The translations under genes and the position numbers were made by a program. Shown in pieces: positions 44,900-54,596 of a stretch of DNA of 64,000 bases. A model generated the notes under the pieces. The model was not told the DNA's origin, searched no databases, and saw nothing but the letters and a program-made list of their open reading frames with translations. Positions within the stretch are counted from its first letter, which is position 1. Every line of letters begins with the position of its first letter. This DNA comes from Anaeromyxobacteraceae bacterium (lineage in GTDB: Bacteria; Myxococcota; Myxococcia; Myxococcales; Anaeromyxobacteraceae): contig JASGHJ010000001.1 in the NCBI GenBank assembly GCA_047602405.1, positions 960,001 to 1,024,000 on the forward strand, given 5' to 3'.

Positions 44900-47491
44900 T
44901 TACCGGTTCGAGAAGGCCGTCGTCTGGAGCCCGTACCCGCGCACGAACACCGGGTCCGCGCCGTCGCCCGCCACGTCGGGGAGCTGGGCCGCCGCGGCGG
45001 CGTCGCTCGCGGGGAGCGCGAAGGGCAGCTTCCCGGTGCCAGCAAGGATGCCGAAGGCGACGTCCAGCGCGGTCTTGTCGCCGTACGGGTTCCCGGGGAG
45101 CGCCCCCGAGAAGTCGAGGTAGAGCGCGCTCACCTTGTAGGTGTCGGACAGCAGTTCCCCGACGACCGACGGACGCCAGGCGTCCACGATGACGACGAGC
45201 TGGGCCCTCGAGCCGGGCATGGCGTCGATGGCCGCCCGGGCGGCGGCGACGGGCGCGAGGATCTCGGCGTCGGTCGCAGCGTACGAGAGCGAGCCCGTCG
45301 GCAGCCCGAGCGCGCCCGCGTCCGGGTCGAGCGTCCAGGGCGCCTTCACGCGGACGAAGACGTAGTCGGAGCAGGCCATCCGCTCGGCGTCGGTGGTGAC
45401 CGGCGTGCTGGACCAGCCGCAGACTCGAGCGCCGTTCATCATCGAGGTGTAGCCGGACGAGACCGAGTTCACGTACTCGAGATCGAAGTCGCCCGCGAAG
45501 TAGGCGAAGTTCGAGAGCAGGAGGTACGCGGTCCCGGGCGGCGCCGGCAGCACCTTCAGCGTGCCGTTGCCGGCGTTGAAGGGGTCGTTCGTTTGCGTGC
45601 CGTTGCCGCCGCCGTTCAGGAACCCGGCGGGCTTCTGGACGTTCCGGAGGAGCACCATCCCGCCCCACATCGCGTACAGGCTCTGCTGGTACATCTCGGC
45701 GGTGTGGGTCGGCCCCCCGATGGTGCCGGGCGTCGTCGCGTCGACGTAGGGGTCCTCGAACAGTCCGAGCCGGAACGCGAGCGTAAGGAGCCGCATGGCG
45801 GAGGCCGTGACCCGCGCGTCGTCGAGGCCCGCCGCGGCGAGCGCGTCGAGGTCGCCGAGGCCGACGAAGAGGTCCACGCCCGCGCCGACGGCCTTCGCGA
45901 TGCGCGCTGGCCTCGTGAGCCCCTCGACCCCCCACGGCGTGCCGAGCGGCGCGAGCCCCGCGTCCTCGAGCACCCCCGCGGGGGCGACCACGAGCCCGCC
46001 GAAGCCGAGCCGATCACGCAGGAGGCCCGAGACGAGCGTCGCGTTGAAGGAGGCGCCCACCTGCTCGAGCGTCGCACCGTTCACGGCGCCGATGAACGCG
46101 TTCCAGGGCCCGGCCTCCGGGATGGCCCGGGCCGTCGAGACGCCCGCGACGCCGGCCGCGAGCGCGCCGTCGAACGCGCGCGCGTGCTCCTCGAAGCGGC
46201 CGCCGGGGTAGCTCGTGTACTTGCCCTTCGCGAGCCGCGCGTCGAAGCCACCCTTCGCGGCGCCGGCGCCCGGCCACTCCCCGAGGACGACCGCGACGCC
46301 GTTCCTGCCGAGCGCCGCACCCTGCGCGCCCTTCACGAACGCGGCCGCCATCGCCGAGGCCGTCGCGGAGTCCTCGCCGAAGGTCCACGGCGCGCCCGGC
46401 CACCGCGGATCGGTCGCGAGGTTCGCCGAAGGCTGGAGCACCATCCGGATGCCGAGCGCCCGATACTCTTGGGCCGCGAGCCGGCCCCAGGTCTCCACAC
46501 GGGCGAGGTCGCGCCCCGCGCCGAAGGCCACCTCGGGCGGCCAGTACGTGAGCCCGTTCGCGTGCGTACGCCCCGGCCCCTCGGTGTGCGCGGGCTCCGT
46601 GGAGAGGAGGAACGGTACGCCGAGCGGCGAGCCCTCGCAGCGCGCCTGGAGCGCGTTCGACCAACCCGCGAGCGACCGCAGGGCGCCGCCGGAATTCGTG
46701 GTGGTGGAGGGCCACCACGTGGTGGAGCCGGAGCGGACACCGGCGTCGAGGAGCGCAGCGGTCGCGGGGGCGAGGCCGGTCGCGCCGGCCGCGTGCACGT
46801 CGGCGAGCGCGGGGTGGGCGAGCAGCGCGCGGCGGCCCGCGGCGCCGAGGCGCGTGGCGAGGTCGGCCGCGCGCAGGGCGGGCGACAGCGTCCAGTCCTC
46901 GTACGGCGTGAGGGCGCCGTCGCCGTCGAGGTCCTTGAACCTGAGCGACACGTCGCAGGGGAAGGAGAGCCCGAGGTGCGTCCCCTGGAACTGCTTCGTG
47001 AACTCGCGAACGGCCTTGCCCGACGACGGATGCACCGTCACGTCCGGCGCGGCGGCCTGCAGCGCCGTGCGGAGCGCGACGTTCTCCGGGAGGTCGCACC
47101 AGGACAGGCACGTGCCTCCCCAGCAGGCCTCCTTCGAGCCGCAGTCCTCGTCCTTCCCGCACGCGGGGTAGACGAGCGGGACGCACACCTGCGAGACGCA
47201 GCCCTGGCCCGCCGGGCACTCCGGCGCGCCACGGCAGGGGATGAAGTAGTGGCAGTGGTCGTCCACGCAGTCGGCGCCGCCGCCCGGGAGCGGATTGCAG
47301 TCACCGACCTTGCGGCAGGCCCCGGCCTCGAGCGGAAGGCAGGCGCCGTCCGCGCAGTAGAGCTTCGCCGAGCAGTCCTCGTGGACCGTGCAGACCGGGC
47401 CGGGCTCGGGATCCGGCTTCGCGGGGTCGCTGCACGCGGCGAGCGCGGCGAGGAGTGCGGCGGCGAGGAAGAACGTGAGCCTGCGGTCCAT
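44900..47491 (-). CDS. Lipoprotein: Cys-rich repeats + glycoside hydrolase family 3 fold with degenerate catalytic motifs (copy A)
   Basis: From MDRRLTFFLAAALLAALAAC; FKDLDGDGALTPYEDW, EYRALGI, TDPRW, TFGED, PWGVEGL, LGLFEDPYVD, GKLPFALP. Confidence 0.82.
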   Translation of the reverse strand: MDRRLTFFLAAALLAALAACSDPAKPDPEPGPVCTVHEDCSAKLYCADGACLPLEAGACRKVGDCNPLPGGGADCVDDHCHYFIPCRGAPECPAGQGCVSQVCVPLVYPACGKDEDCGSKEACWGGTCLSWCDLPENVALRTALQAAAPDVTVHPSSGKAVREFTKQFQGTHLGLSFPCDVSLRFKDLDGDGALTPYEDWTLSPALRAADLATRLGAAGRRALLAHPALADVHAAGATGLAPATAALLDAGVRSGSTTWWPSTTTNSGGALRSLAGWSNALQARCEGSPLGVPFLLSTEPAHTEGPGRTHANGLTYWPPEVAFGAGRDLARVETWGRLAAQEYRALGIRMVLQPSANLATDPRWPGAPWTFGEDSATASAMAAAFVKGAQGAALGRNGVAVVLGEWPGAGAAKGGFDARLAKGKYTSYPGGRFEEHARAFDGALAAGVAGVSTARAIPEAGPWNAFIGAVNGATLEQVGASFNATLVSGLLRDRLGFGGLVVAPAGVLEDAGLAPLGTPWGVEGLTRPARIAKAVGAGVDLFVGLGDLDALAAAGLDDARVTASAMRLLTLAFRLGLFEDPYVDATTPGTIGGPTHTAEMYQQSLYAMWGGMVLLRNVQKPAGFLNGGGNGTQTNDPFNAGNGTLKVLPAPPGTAYLLLSNFAYFAGDFDLEYVNSVSSGYTSMMNGARVCGWSSTPVTTDAERMACSDYVFVRVKAPWTLDPDAGALGLPTGSLSYAATDAEILAPVAAARAAIDAMPGSRAQLVVIVDAWRPSVVGELLSDTYKVSALYLDFSGALPGNPYGDKTALDVAFGILAGTGKLPFALPASDAAAAAQLPDVAGDGADPVFVRGYGLQTTAFSNR

Positions 47492-47502
47492 GGTGTCGCC
47501 TC

Positions 47503-49920
47503 TCAGAAGTGCTGCGTCTCGAGCCCGTAGCCGCGCACGAAGGTCGCGTCCGCGCCGTCGCCGGGGACGTCCGAAAGCTGCGCCGCCGCGGCCTCGTCGC
47601 TCGCGGGCAGCGCGACCGGCAGCTTCCCGGTGCCGGACACGACCCCGAAGATCACGTCGAGCGCGGCCTTGTCGCCGTCCGGGTTGGCGGGCCGCGCGCC
47701 GGACCAGCTCACGTAGAGCGCGCTCGGGGCGTACGCGAGCACCTCGCTCACGACCGGCGGGCGGCCGGCGTCCACGATGACGACGAGCTGCGCCTTCGAG
47801 TCCGGGTGCGCGTCGAGCGCGGCCCGCGCCGCCGCCACCGGCGCGAGCCAAGAGGGGTCGGTGCCCGCATAGGTGAGCGAAGGGGTGGGCAGCGCGAAGG
47901 GCCCCGAGTCGGGGTCGAGCGCCCACGGCGCGCGGATCCGGACGAGCACGTAGTCGGAGGCCGCCATCTTCTCGGCCTCGGTCAGCGACGCGAGCGTCGG
48001 CACGCGGTTCACGAGCACGCCGTAGCCGGCGGAGACCGAGTCGACCCAGTCGAGGTCGAAGTCGCCGGCCACGTAGAACCACGTCGGCCGGCCCGTCCCC
48101 ATGTACTCCATGCCGACGGGCGCCGGCAGCACGCGCAGGGTGCCGTTGCCGGCGTTCCGGTGGTCGCCGGTCTGCGTGCCGTCGCCGCCTCCGTTCAACC
48201 ACCCGGCGGGCTTCGGAACGTTCCGGAGCAGCACCATGCCGCCGTACATCGCCCGCAGCGCCTCCTCGCGCGCGGCGTAGCTCCCGATCCAGGCGTCGGG
48301 GTCCGCGTACGGAACCTCGAAGAGCCCGAGCTGGAACATGAGCCGCAGCACCTTTCGCGCGGCGCCAGCGACCTGGGCCTCCGAGAGGTGCGCGTCGTCG
48401 ATCGCCGTCAGGCTCGCGAGCCCGAGGAACTGGTCGACGCCCGCGCCCACCGCCTGCGCGATCCGCTGCGGGCGCGTGAGCGCCTCCACGCCCCACGGCG
48501 CGCCGAAGGGCGCGAGCCCGGCGTCCTCGATCGCGCCCGGCGGGGCGAGGACGAGCCCGGAGTGGCGGCCGAGGAGCTGCGCGTTGAACGACGCGCCCGC
48601 CTGCTGGATCTTCTGCCCGAGGAGCGGGTCGGCGAGGGTGCCCCACGTGCCGTACGCGGGGATGGCGTAGCCGGGCATGAGCCCGGCGGCGCCGGTGCAG
48701 AACGCGGCCGCGTGGGCCTCGAAGCGGTTGCCGTCGTAGGCGGTGTACCGCCCCTTCGAGAGCCGCGCGTCGAGGCCTCCCCTCGCGGCCCCCGCGCCGC
48801 GGTAGCCAGCGAGCACGACCGCGAGGCTCGTCCTCCCGAGCGTCGTCCCTTGCGCGCCCTCAACGTACGCCCCGGCGAACCCGGTGGTGGTCGCGAGGTC
48901 CTCGCCGAAGGTCCACGGCACGCCCGGCCAGCGCGGGTCGGTCGCGAGGTTGCCCGCGTGCGAGACGACGAGGCGCACGCCGATCGCGCGGAGCTCGAGC
49001 GCGGTGTACTTCCCGAAGGCGGAGGCCCGGCCCTGGTCGAAGCTGGCGGCGATGGCGAGCTCGGGCGGCCAGGCGGTGAAGCCCGGCGAGCGGACCCGGC
49101 CCTCGCCGTCGACGTGCGCCGGCGCCGAGGAGAGCAGGAAGGGCACGCCGAGCGGCGCGGCCTCGCAGCGGGCCTGGAGGTAGTTCGCCCAGCTCCTCCG
49201 CGAGAACGGGGTCGAGGAGGTCGCGGCCGTCTGGCCCGCGCGGACGCCCGCGTCGACGAGCGCGCGCGTGGCCTCGTTCGGGAGGAGCGACGACGAGCTG
49301 GGCACGTCGGAGAGGACCGGGTGCGCGAGGAGCGCGCGCAGGCCGGAGGGGCCGAGCCGCGAGGCGAGGTCGGTGACGCGCTCGTCGGTGGTGAGCGTCC
49401 AGTCCTCGTAGGGCTGGAGCGCGCCGTCGCCGGAGAGGTCCTTGAACTTCAGGCCCACGCCGCACAGGACCGCCGGGTTCCCGGCCTCGCTCGCGAAGGT
49501 CCTCCGGACCGTGATGACCGTCTTGCCGGATCCCGGGTCCACGACGAGCGCGGGCTGGGCCGACGCGAGCTCGGAGACCCGCACCAGGTTCGGCGCGAGG
49601 TCGCACTCCGGCACGCAGCGCAGCTCGAGGCAGGGCCCCTCGGTGGTCCCCCCGCAGGCCTGCTCGACGCACTGCTCGTCGGCGGCGCAGTCCGCGGCGC
49701 GCTCGCACCGGCCGGCCGGAAGCGGCGCGCACAGCCCGGTCTCGCAGCCGAAGCCCGCCGGGCAGTCCCCGTGGTCCACGCAGACCGTCTCACACGCCTC
49801 ATCGCCCGGGCAGCGGGGGTGCGCGGGGCCGTGCCGCCCAGGGCCGTCGCAGGCGGCGAGCGCCGCGCCCAGGGCGAAGAGCAAGAGGAGCCTGGAGGTG
49901 GCGCGGGGCGGGCGTGGCAT
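47503..49920 (-). CDS. Lipoprotein: Cys-rich repeats + glycoside hydrolase family 3 fold with degenerate catalytic motifs (copy B)
   Basis: ALAA-C lipobox; FKDLSGDGALQPYEDW, TDPRW, TFGED, PWGVEAL, GKLPVALP; collinear paralogue of copy A. Confidence 0.82.
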   Translation of the reverse strand: MPRPPRATSRLLLLFALGAALAACDGPGRHGPAHPRCPGDEACETVCVDHGDCPAGFGCETGLCAPLPAGRCERAADCAADEQCVEQACGGTTEGPCLELRCVPECDLAPNLVRVSELASAQPALVVDPGSGKTVITVRRTFASEAGNPAVLCGVGLKFKDLSGDGALQPYEDWTLTTDERVTDLASRLGPSGLRALLAHPVLSDVPSSSSLLPNEATRALVDAGVRAGQTAATSSTPFSRRSWANYLQARCEAAPLGVPFLLSSAPAHVDGEGRVRSPGFTAWPPELAIAASFDQGRASAFGKYTALELRAIGVRLVVSHAGNLATDPRWPGVPWTFGEDLATTTGFAGAYVEGAQGTTLGRTSLAVVLAGYRGAGAARGGLDARLSKGRYTAYDGNRFEAHAAAFCTGAAGLMPGYAIPAYGTWGTLADPLLGQKIQQAGASFNAQLLGRHSGLVLAPPGAIEDAGLAPFGAPWGVEALTRPQRIAQAVGAGVDQFLGLASLTAIDDAHLSEAQVAGAARKVLRLMFQLGLFEVPYADPDAWIGSYAAREEALRAMYGGMVLLRNVPKPAGWLNGGGDGTQTGDHRNAGNGTLRVLPAPVGMEYMGTGRPTWFYVAGDFDLDWVDSVSAGYGVLVNRVPTLASLTEAEKMAASDYVLVRIRAPWALDPDSGPFALPTPSLTYAGTDPSWLAPVAAARAALDAHPDSKAQLVVIVDAGRPPVVSEVLAYAPSALYVSWSGARPANPDGDKAALDVIFGVVSGTGKLPVALPASDEAAAAQLSDVPGDGADATFVRGYGLETQHF

Positions 49921-50033
49921 CGGAAAGATCCCCGGGCCGCGGGGCGGAAGTGCCCCGGCGGCCCAATGCCCGGACCTGCATCATCTCCGGAACGCGCGCG
50001 GGCGCAACGCTGCCGTTCGCCGCACCCGTACCC

Positions 50034-50074
50034 CGGGTGAGAGCCCGGGCGGCGACGCCTGGGGCTTCTCGCCC
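50034..50074 (-). terminator. GC-rich hairpin downstream of the CheA-like gene
   Basis: cgggtgaga-gccc ... gggc-t-tctcgcccg arms with an inner stem; no clear U tract. Confidence 0.35.
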
Positions 50075-50114
50075 GCGAGCTCCTGCGCGCAGCCCGCCCG
50101 GTCCCCGCTGCGGC

Positions 50115-51953
50115 TCAGGCTGCGGCGGCCTGCACGAGCGCCCGGACGTTCAGGATCAGGCCGACCTGTCCGGCCCCGTGGATGCCCGCGCCGCCGAACA
50201 GCTCGACGTGCTCGAGCCCGGACCCCAGGCTCTTCACGACGACCTGCTGCTGCGCGAGGACGTCGTCGACGAGCAGCCCGAACCGTCGCTCCTCCGACTC
50301 GAGCACCATCACGAGCGCCTCGGCGGGGTCGTGGTGTGCGTCGGGGATCTCGAGGAGATTCCCGAGCCGCACGAGCGGGAGGATCCGCCCACGCATCGAG
50401 AGCGCCTCGTGCCCGCCTGCGCGGGTCTTCACCATGTCGGGGGCCGGGCGGATCGACTCCACGACCGCGAGGGTCGGGACGAGGAAGCGCTCCTTGCCGC
50501 AGGCGATCAGCATGGCGTCGACCGTCGTCAGCGTGAGCGGCATCACGAGCCGCACGGTCGTGCCGGCCCCGGGCGTCGTGGTGGCGTGCACGCGGCCGCG
50601 CAGCCCCTCGAGCCGCAGCTTGATCGCGTCGAGCGACGGCAGCGGGCCGCCGCCGTCCGGGTCGCCGGGGGGCGGCCACGCGCCGGGCGCGAGGAGGAGC
50701 GCGTCCATCGCCTCGTCGTCCGCCGGGGCCTGGCCGGCGGCGCGGAGCCGCTCGACGACCGCCGCGCGGTCGATCCCCGCCCCGTCGTCCGACACCTCCA
50801 CGACCACCTGGCCGGCCTCGGTCCGCGCCGAGATCCGCACGGTGCCGCGGCTGGGCTTCCCGGCGGCCTCGCGGTCGGCGCGCGGCTCGATGCAGTGGGC
50901 GATCGCGGCGCGCACGAGCGCGAGCAGCAGGTCGGCGAGGTTGTCCACGATGAGCCGGTCGAGCTCGGTGGCGTCACCGAGGGTGACGATCCGGACCTGC
51001 TTGCCCGCGCGCCGCGCGAGATCGCGGGCGCCGCGGGAGACCCGCTGGAAGAGCTCGCTCGCGTGATCCATCCGGAGGCGGGTCCCGGCGTCGGTGAGAT
51101 CGCGGGTGACCTTGGCCAGCTGGCCCATCAGCCTGCGGCCGGCCTCCGAGGCGGCGCCCCGGAACTCCGGCACGCTCCGCAGGGCCGACTCCACCACCAC
51201 GAGCTCGCCGATGGCCTCCATGAGCAGGTCGAGCCGCGCCTGCTCGACGCGGGTGAGGACGTTTCGCTGGCCGCCGACGGGGCCGTCGGCCCCCCGCGCG
51301 TGGCGCGCCTGCGCGCGGAGCGCCCGGCCCACGAGCGCCGCGTCCACGAGGTGGGAGGCCACGAGCTCCTCACCCAGGCGCCGGCCGCTCTTCACCTGCG
51401 CCTCGAGCGCGCGGTCGATCACCGCCTGCGGCACGTCGAAGGGTGGGCCCGCGAGGAGCTCGCCCAGCCGCTCGCCGCCGCGCACCTCGGGCAGCGGCGC
51501 CTCGTCCACGTCCGCGCCCGCCCGGAGCGCCGCCAGCCGCTCCACCACGGGCGCGGCCTCGGTCCCGTCCGGCAGCGCCGTGCCTGCGTCGAGGTGGACG
51601 AAGATCTCGTCGAGGTAGGTCCGGACGATGCCGCCCGTGTCGTAGAGCGCGTCGAGCCCGGCGCCGCCGATCGCCCGGTTCCGCTCGCGGCTCCAGCGCA
51701 GGAGCGCGTGCGCCCCGGCCGTCAACGGCGCGATGCCGTCGAGCCGCAGCGCCGCGGCCCGGGTGGCGAGCGTCATGTACCCGTCGTCGAGCGCCTGCAG
51801 GTTGAAGAGGTGCGGGTCGCGCTCGGCGAGGAGCAGCTGCTCGTCCAGGCCGTCGAGCACCTCGGCGGTCTCGGCGGCGAACTGGACGAGCTGCTCGGCG
51901 CGCGAGGTGGCCTCCTCGGCGCCGGTGGGGCCGGGATTCGAGCTGGGGTCCAT
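50115..51953 (-). CDS. Degenerate CheA-like protein (pseudokinase) with a tandem MshEN-like motif
   Basis: CheA domain order (Hpt-like, dimerisation RLDLLMEAIGELVV, HATPase, CheW), but the Hpt His site reads YMTLAT and the N-box reads ALVRAAIAHC. Confidence 0.82.
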   Translation of the reverse strand: MDPSSNPGPTGAEEATSRAEQLVQFAAETAEVLDGLDEQLLLAERDPHLFNLQALDDGYMTLATRAAALRLDGIAPLTAGAHALLRWSRERNRAIGGAGLDALYDTGGIVRTYLDEIFVHLDAGTALPDGTEAAPVVERLAALRAGADVDEAPLPEVRGGERLGELLAGPPFDVPQAVIDRALEAQVKSGRRLGEELVASHLVDAALVGRALRAQARHARGADGPVGGQRNVLTRVEQARLDLLMEAIGELVVVESALRSVPEFRGAASEAGRRLMGQLAKVTRDLTDAGTRLRMDHASELFQRVSRGARDLARRAGKQVRIVTLGDATELDRLIVDNLADLLLALVRAAIAHCIEPRADREAAGKPSRGTVRISARTEAGQVVVEVSDDGAGIDRAAVVERLRAAGQAPADDEAMDALLLAPGAWPPPGDPDGGGPLPSLDAIKLRLEGLRGRVHATTTPGAGTTVRLVMPLTLTTVDAMLIACGKERFLVPTLAVVESIRPAPDMVKTRAGGHEALSMRGRILPLVRLGNLLEIPDAHHDPAEALVMVLESEERRFGLLVDDVLAQQQVVVKSLGSGLEHVELFGGAGIHGAGQVGLILNVRALVQAAAA

Positions 51954-51974
51954 GTCTCTCCCGGGCGGCCGCGC

Positions 51975-52508
51975 TCAGGCGCGCGCGGTCGCGGCCTCCG
52001 GGCGAGCGGCCGCCTGGGCGACCACCGCGGCGGTCGAGGCGAGGTCCGCCTCGGAGCTCGCGAGCACCCGGTCGATGTCGAGCAGGATGATGAAGCCCTT
52101 GCCGGCCTTGCCCATGCCGGTGATGTGCTCGAGGCGCATCCCGGTGCCGAACGAGGGCGCGGGCTCGATGTCGGCGGGCCCGAGGTCGACGACCTCGCTG
52201 ACCGCGTCGGCGATGACACCCAGGGTGAGCACCTCGTCACCGGAGCGGGTCTCCACGACGAGCACGCAGGTGCGCTTCGTGGTGGGCACCTCCTGGCGGC
52301 CGAACTTCACCGCGAGGTCCACGACCGGCACCACCGAGCCGCGCACGTTGATGACGCCGCGGATGCTGGTGGGCGTGCCCGGCACGCGGGTGACCTCCTC
52401 GTACTGCAGGATCTCCTTCACCTTGAGGATCGGCATCCCGAAGTCGGTGCCGCCCACCACGAACGAGAGGAACTGCTTCACCTGCTCCGCGGCTTCGGTG
52501 GCGCTCAC
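51975..52508 (-). CDS. cheW: CheW
   Basis: From (V)SATEAAEQ: QFLSFVVG, ILKVKEI, VTRVPGTPTSIRGVINVRGSVVPVVDL; GGAGG upstream. Confidence 0.93.
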   Translation of the reverse strand: MSATEAAEQVKQFLSFVVGGTDFGMPILKVKEILQYEEVTRVPGTPTSIRGVINVRGSVVPVVDLAVKFGRQEVPTTKRTCVLVVETRSGDEVLTLGVIADAVSEVVDLGPADIEPAPSFGTGMRLEHITGMGKAGKGFIILLDIDRVLASSEADLASTAAVVAQAAARPEAATARA

Positions 52509-52522
52509 GAGGTCACCTCCCC

Positions 52523-54181
52523 CTAGAACCGCTGGAAGCCGCCCTCGGCGTGCGTCCCGTTCTTCTGCGCGGGCGGCGGCAGCACCGGGTGCTCGGGGGC
52601 CGCGGCCGGGGCGTGGGCGGCGGCGAGGCGGGCCGCGGGCTTGCGGACCGCGGCGGTGTGCCCGCCGCCGTTGGCGAACTGGAAGAAGGACACCGTCTGG
52701 AGCAGCGCCTCGGCCTGGCCGGACATCTCCTCGGCGGTGGAGGAGAGCTCCTCGGCGGCGGACGAGTTCCGCTGCGTGACCTGGTCGACCGTGGTCATCG
52801 CCTTGGAGACCTGGCTGACGCCCGTGCTCTGCTCCTTCGAGGCCGCCGCGACCTCCTGGACGAGGTCGGCGGTCTTGCGGATGGCCGGCACGAGCTCGGC
52901 GATCAGCGCGCCCGACCGCTGCGCCACCTTCACCGACGAGCCGGCGAGCTCGGAGATCTCCTTCGCGGCCTTCTGCGAGCGCTCGGCGAGCTTGCGGACC
53001 TCGGTCGCGACGACGGCGAAGCCCTTGCCGTGCTCGCCGGCGCGGGCGGCCTCGATCGCCGCGTTCAGGGCGAGGAGGTTCGTCTGGTAGGCGATCTCCT
53101 CGATGATCGAGATCTTCTCGGCGATCGAGTTCATCGCGTCGACCGTCTGCTCGACCGACTTGCCGCTGTCGGCGGCGTTGCGCGCGCCCTCGTTCGCCAT
53201 CTTCTCGGTCTGGCGGGAGTTCTCGGCGTTCTGGTTGATCGAGGCGCTCATCTCCTCGAGCGAGGAGGTCGTCTCCTCGACGCTCGCGGCCTGCTCGCCG
53301 GTGCCCTGGGAGAGGGCCTGCGACGTCGCGGCCACCTGGGTGGCGGCGCTCGTCAGCGCCTCGGCGCCGCCACGCACCTCGCCGACGACCTCGCGGAGCT
53401 TCTCCACCATCGTGTTGAGCGCGGCGGCGAGCTTGCCGACCTCGTCGGCGCTGTGGACGTTGACCGACTTCGAGAGGTCGCCCGCGGCGACCGCGGCGGC
53501 GAGCTCGAGCCCCTGGACGAGCGGCCCGGCGATCGCCCTCGAGACCACCACGCCGAACAGCGCCGCGACCCCGAGGCCCGCGAGGACCAGGATGATCATC
53601 AGCCGGGTGGCGTCCGAGGCGAGCTCGGCGTTGACCTTCGCCTTCTCCTCGGCCTGCTTGATCTTGAGCTCGGCGAGCTCGTTCAGCGCGGCGTCCGCCT
53701 CCTTGGCGAGCTCCACGGAGTTCTTGTCCCGGAGCAGCGCGGTCGCCTCGGCGTTCTTGCGCTCGAGCGCGAGCTTGATCACGGGATCCTTCACCGCCGT
53801 CCCGTAACGGTGGCTCGCCTCGCTGAACCTCTCGAAGATCTTGCGGACCTCCGGGGCGCGGATCGACTTCCCGAACTCCTCGGTGTTGTCGCCGAGGGTC
53901 TTCTCGATCCCCGCGATCCGGGCCTCGTACTCCTTCATCTTGCCCATGTCCTCCTCGATGATGATGTCGCGGAGGTTCACGCGGACGCGCTGGAACGCGG
54001 TCGCGATGGTGACGAGGTCGCCGAGGGGCTTCGTGTTGACCTCGGCCATGTCGTCGGCGCGCTCGTCCAGCTCGCGCAGGTTCTTGATGCCCCAGAACCC
54101 GACGGCACCGGTGATGAGCGCGAGCGAGAGGAAGCTGACGAGGAGCTTCGTGGCGACGCGGAGATCGGCGAACCACTTCAT
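52523..54181 (-). CDS. Transmembrane MCP with a four-helix-bundle sensor and C-terminal pentapeptide
   Basis: From [13 protein letters not shown]: two TMs, [34 protein letters not shown]; ends in a flexible linker then GFQRF. Confidence 0.94.
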   Translation of the reverse strand: MKWFADLRVATKLLVSFLSLALITGAVGFWGIKNLRELDERADDMAEVNTKPLGDLVTIATAFQRVRVNLRDIIIEEDMGKMKEYEARIAGIEKTLGDNTEEFGKSIRAPEVRKIFERFSEASHRYGTAVKDPVIKLALERKNAEATALLRDKNSVELAKEADAALNELAELKIKQAEEKAKVNAELASDATRLMIILVLAGLGVAALFGVVVSRAIAGPLVQGLELAAAVAAGDLSKSVNVHSADEVGKLAAALNTMVEKLREVVGEVRGGAEALTSAATQVAATSQALSQGTGEQAASVEETTSSLEEMSASINQNAENSRQTEKMANEGARNAADSGKSVEQTVDAMNSIAEKISIIEEIAYQTNLLALNAAIEAARAGEHGKGFAVVATEVRKLAERSQKAAKEISELAGSSVKVAQRSGALIAELVPAIRKTADLVQEVAAASKEQSTGVSQVSKAMTTVDQVTQRNSSAAEELSSTAEEMSGQAEALLQTVSFFQFANGGGHTAAVRKPAARLAAAHAPAAAPEHPVLPPPAQKNGTHAEGGFQRF

Positions 54182-54251
54182 GGAGGTCGTCCTCGCGCGG
54201 GCGCTGGGGAGGCCGCCGGGGGCCGCGCGGGCCCGGCGTGGAGCGCGGCAG

Positions 54252-54267
54252 TGCGAGCCCCGTACCA
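54252..54267 (-). promoter_or_regulatory. Sigma54-type -24/-12 promoter for mcp-cheW-cheA*
   Basis: Minus strand TGGTACGGGGCTCGCA = GG-N10-GC. Confidence 0.5.
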
Positions 54268-54271
54268 CCGG

Positions 54272-54325
54272 CCCGATCCGCAATGATTCGTGGGGGTGTC
54301 CACACGAATCGCCCATCGGATCGGG
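54272..54325. repeat. Nested inverted repeat in the divergent che intergenic region
   Basis: CCCGATCCG/CGGATCGGG outer arms and GATTCGTG/CACGAATC inner arms. Confidence 0.7.
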
Positions 54326-54535
54326 TTGGGTTCGACCCTGCGACAGGGCGTGCGGGCTCGGGAGGGGCGCTCCGGATTTCGAGCGGAGCGCGAGGGAAGA
54401 TCGCTTCCAGACGGCCGGTTCGTACCGTTTCGAACGCCCCACTTGACGAACCGTTCACGCCCTCCTCTCGCCCCACGGTCGCACCCACGGGTCGGCGGAG
54501 TCCGCGGGTTTCCCCCGCTCACGCGCCGTAAAGGG

Positions 54536-54552
54536 CTGGTGCCGGGCTTGCA
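54536..54552 (+). promoter_or_regulatory. Sigma54-type -24/-12 promoter for the RR-GAF-cheDARB operon
   Basis: CTGGTGCCGGGCTTGCA = GG-N10-GC with TTGCA. Confidence 0.6.
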
Positions 54553-54596
54553 GTGGGGGCGGGGACGCGGCGGAGCCACGCGCCCGGAAGGTGACC

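Noticed and set aside
54182..54596. c-di-GMP (GEMM) riboswitch upstream of the che genes
   Set aside because: The conserved GCAAA/GAAA tetraloop architecture was not seen; the palindrome lies upstream of the predicted promoters.
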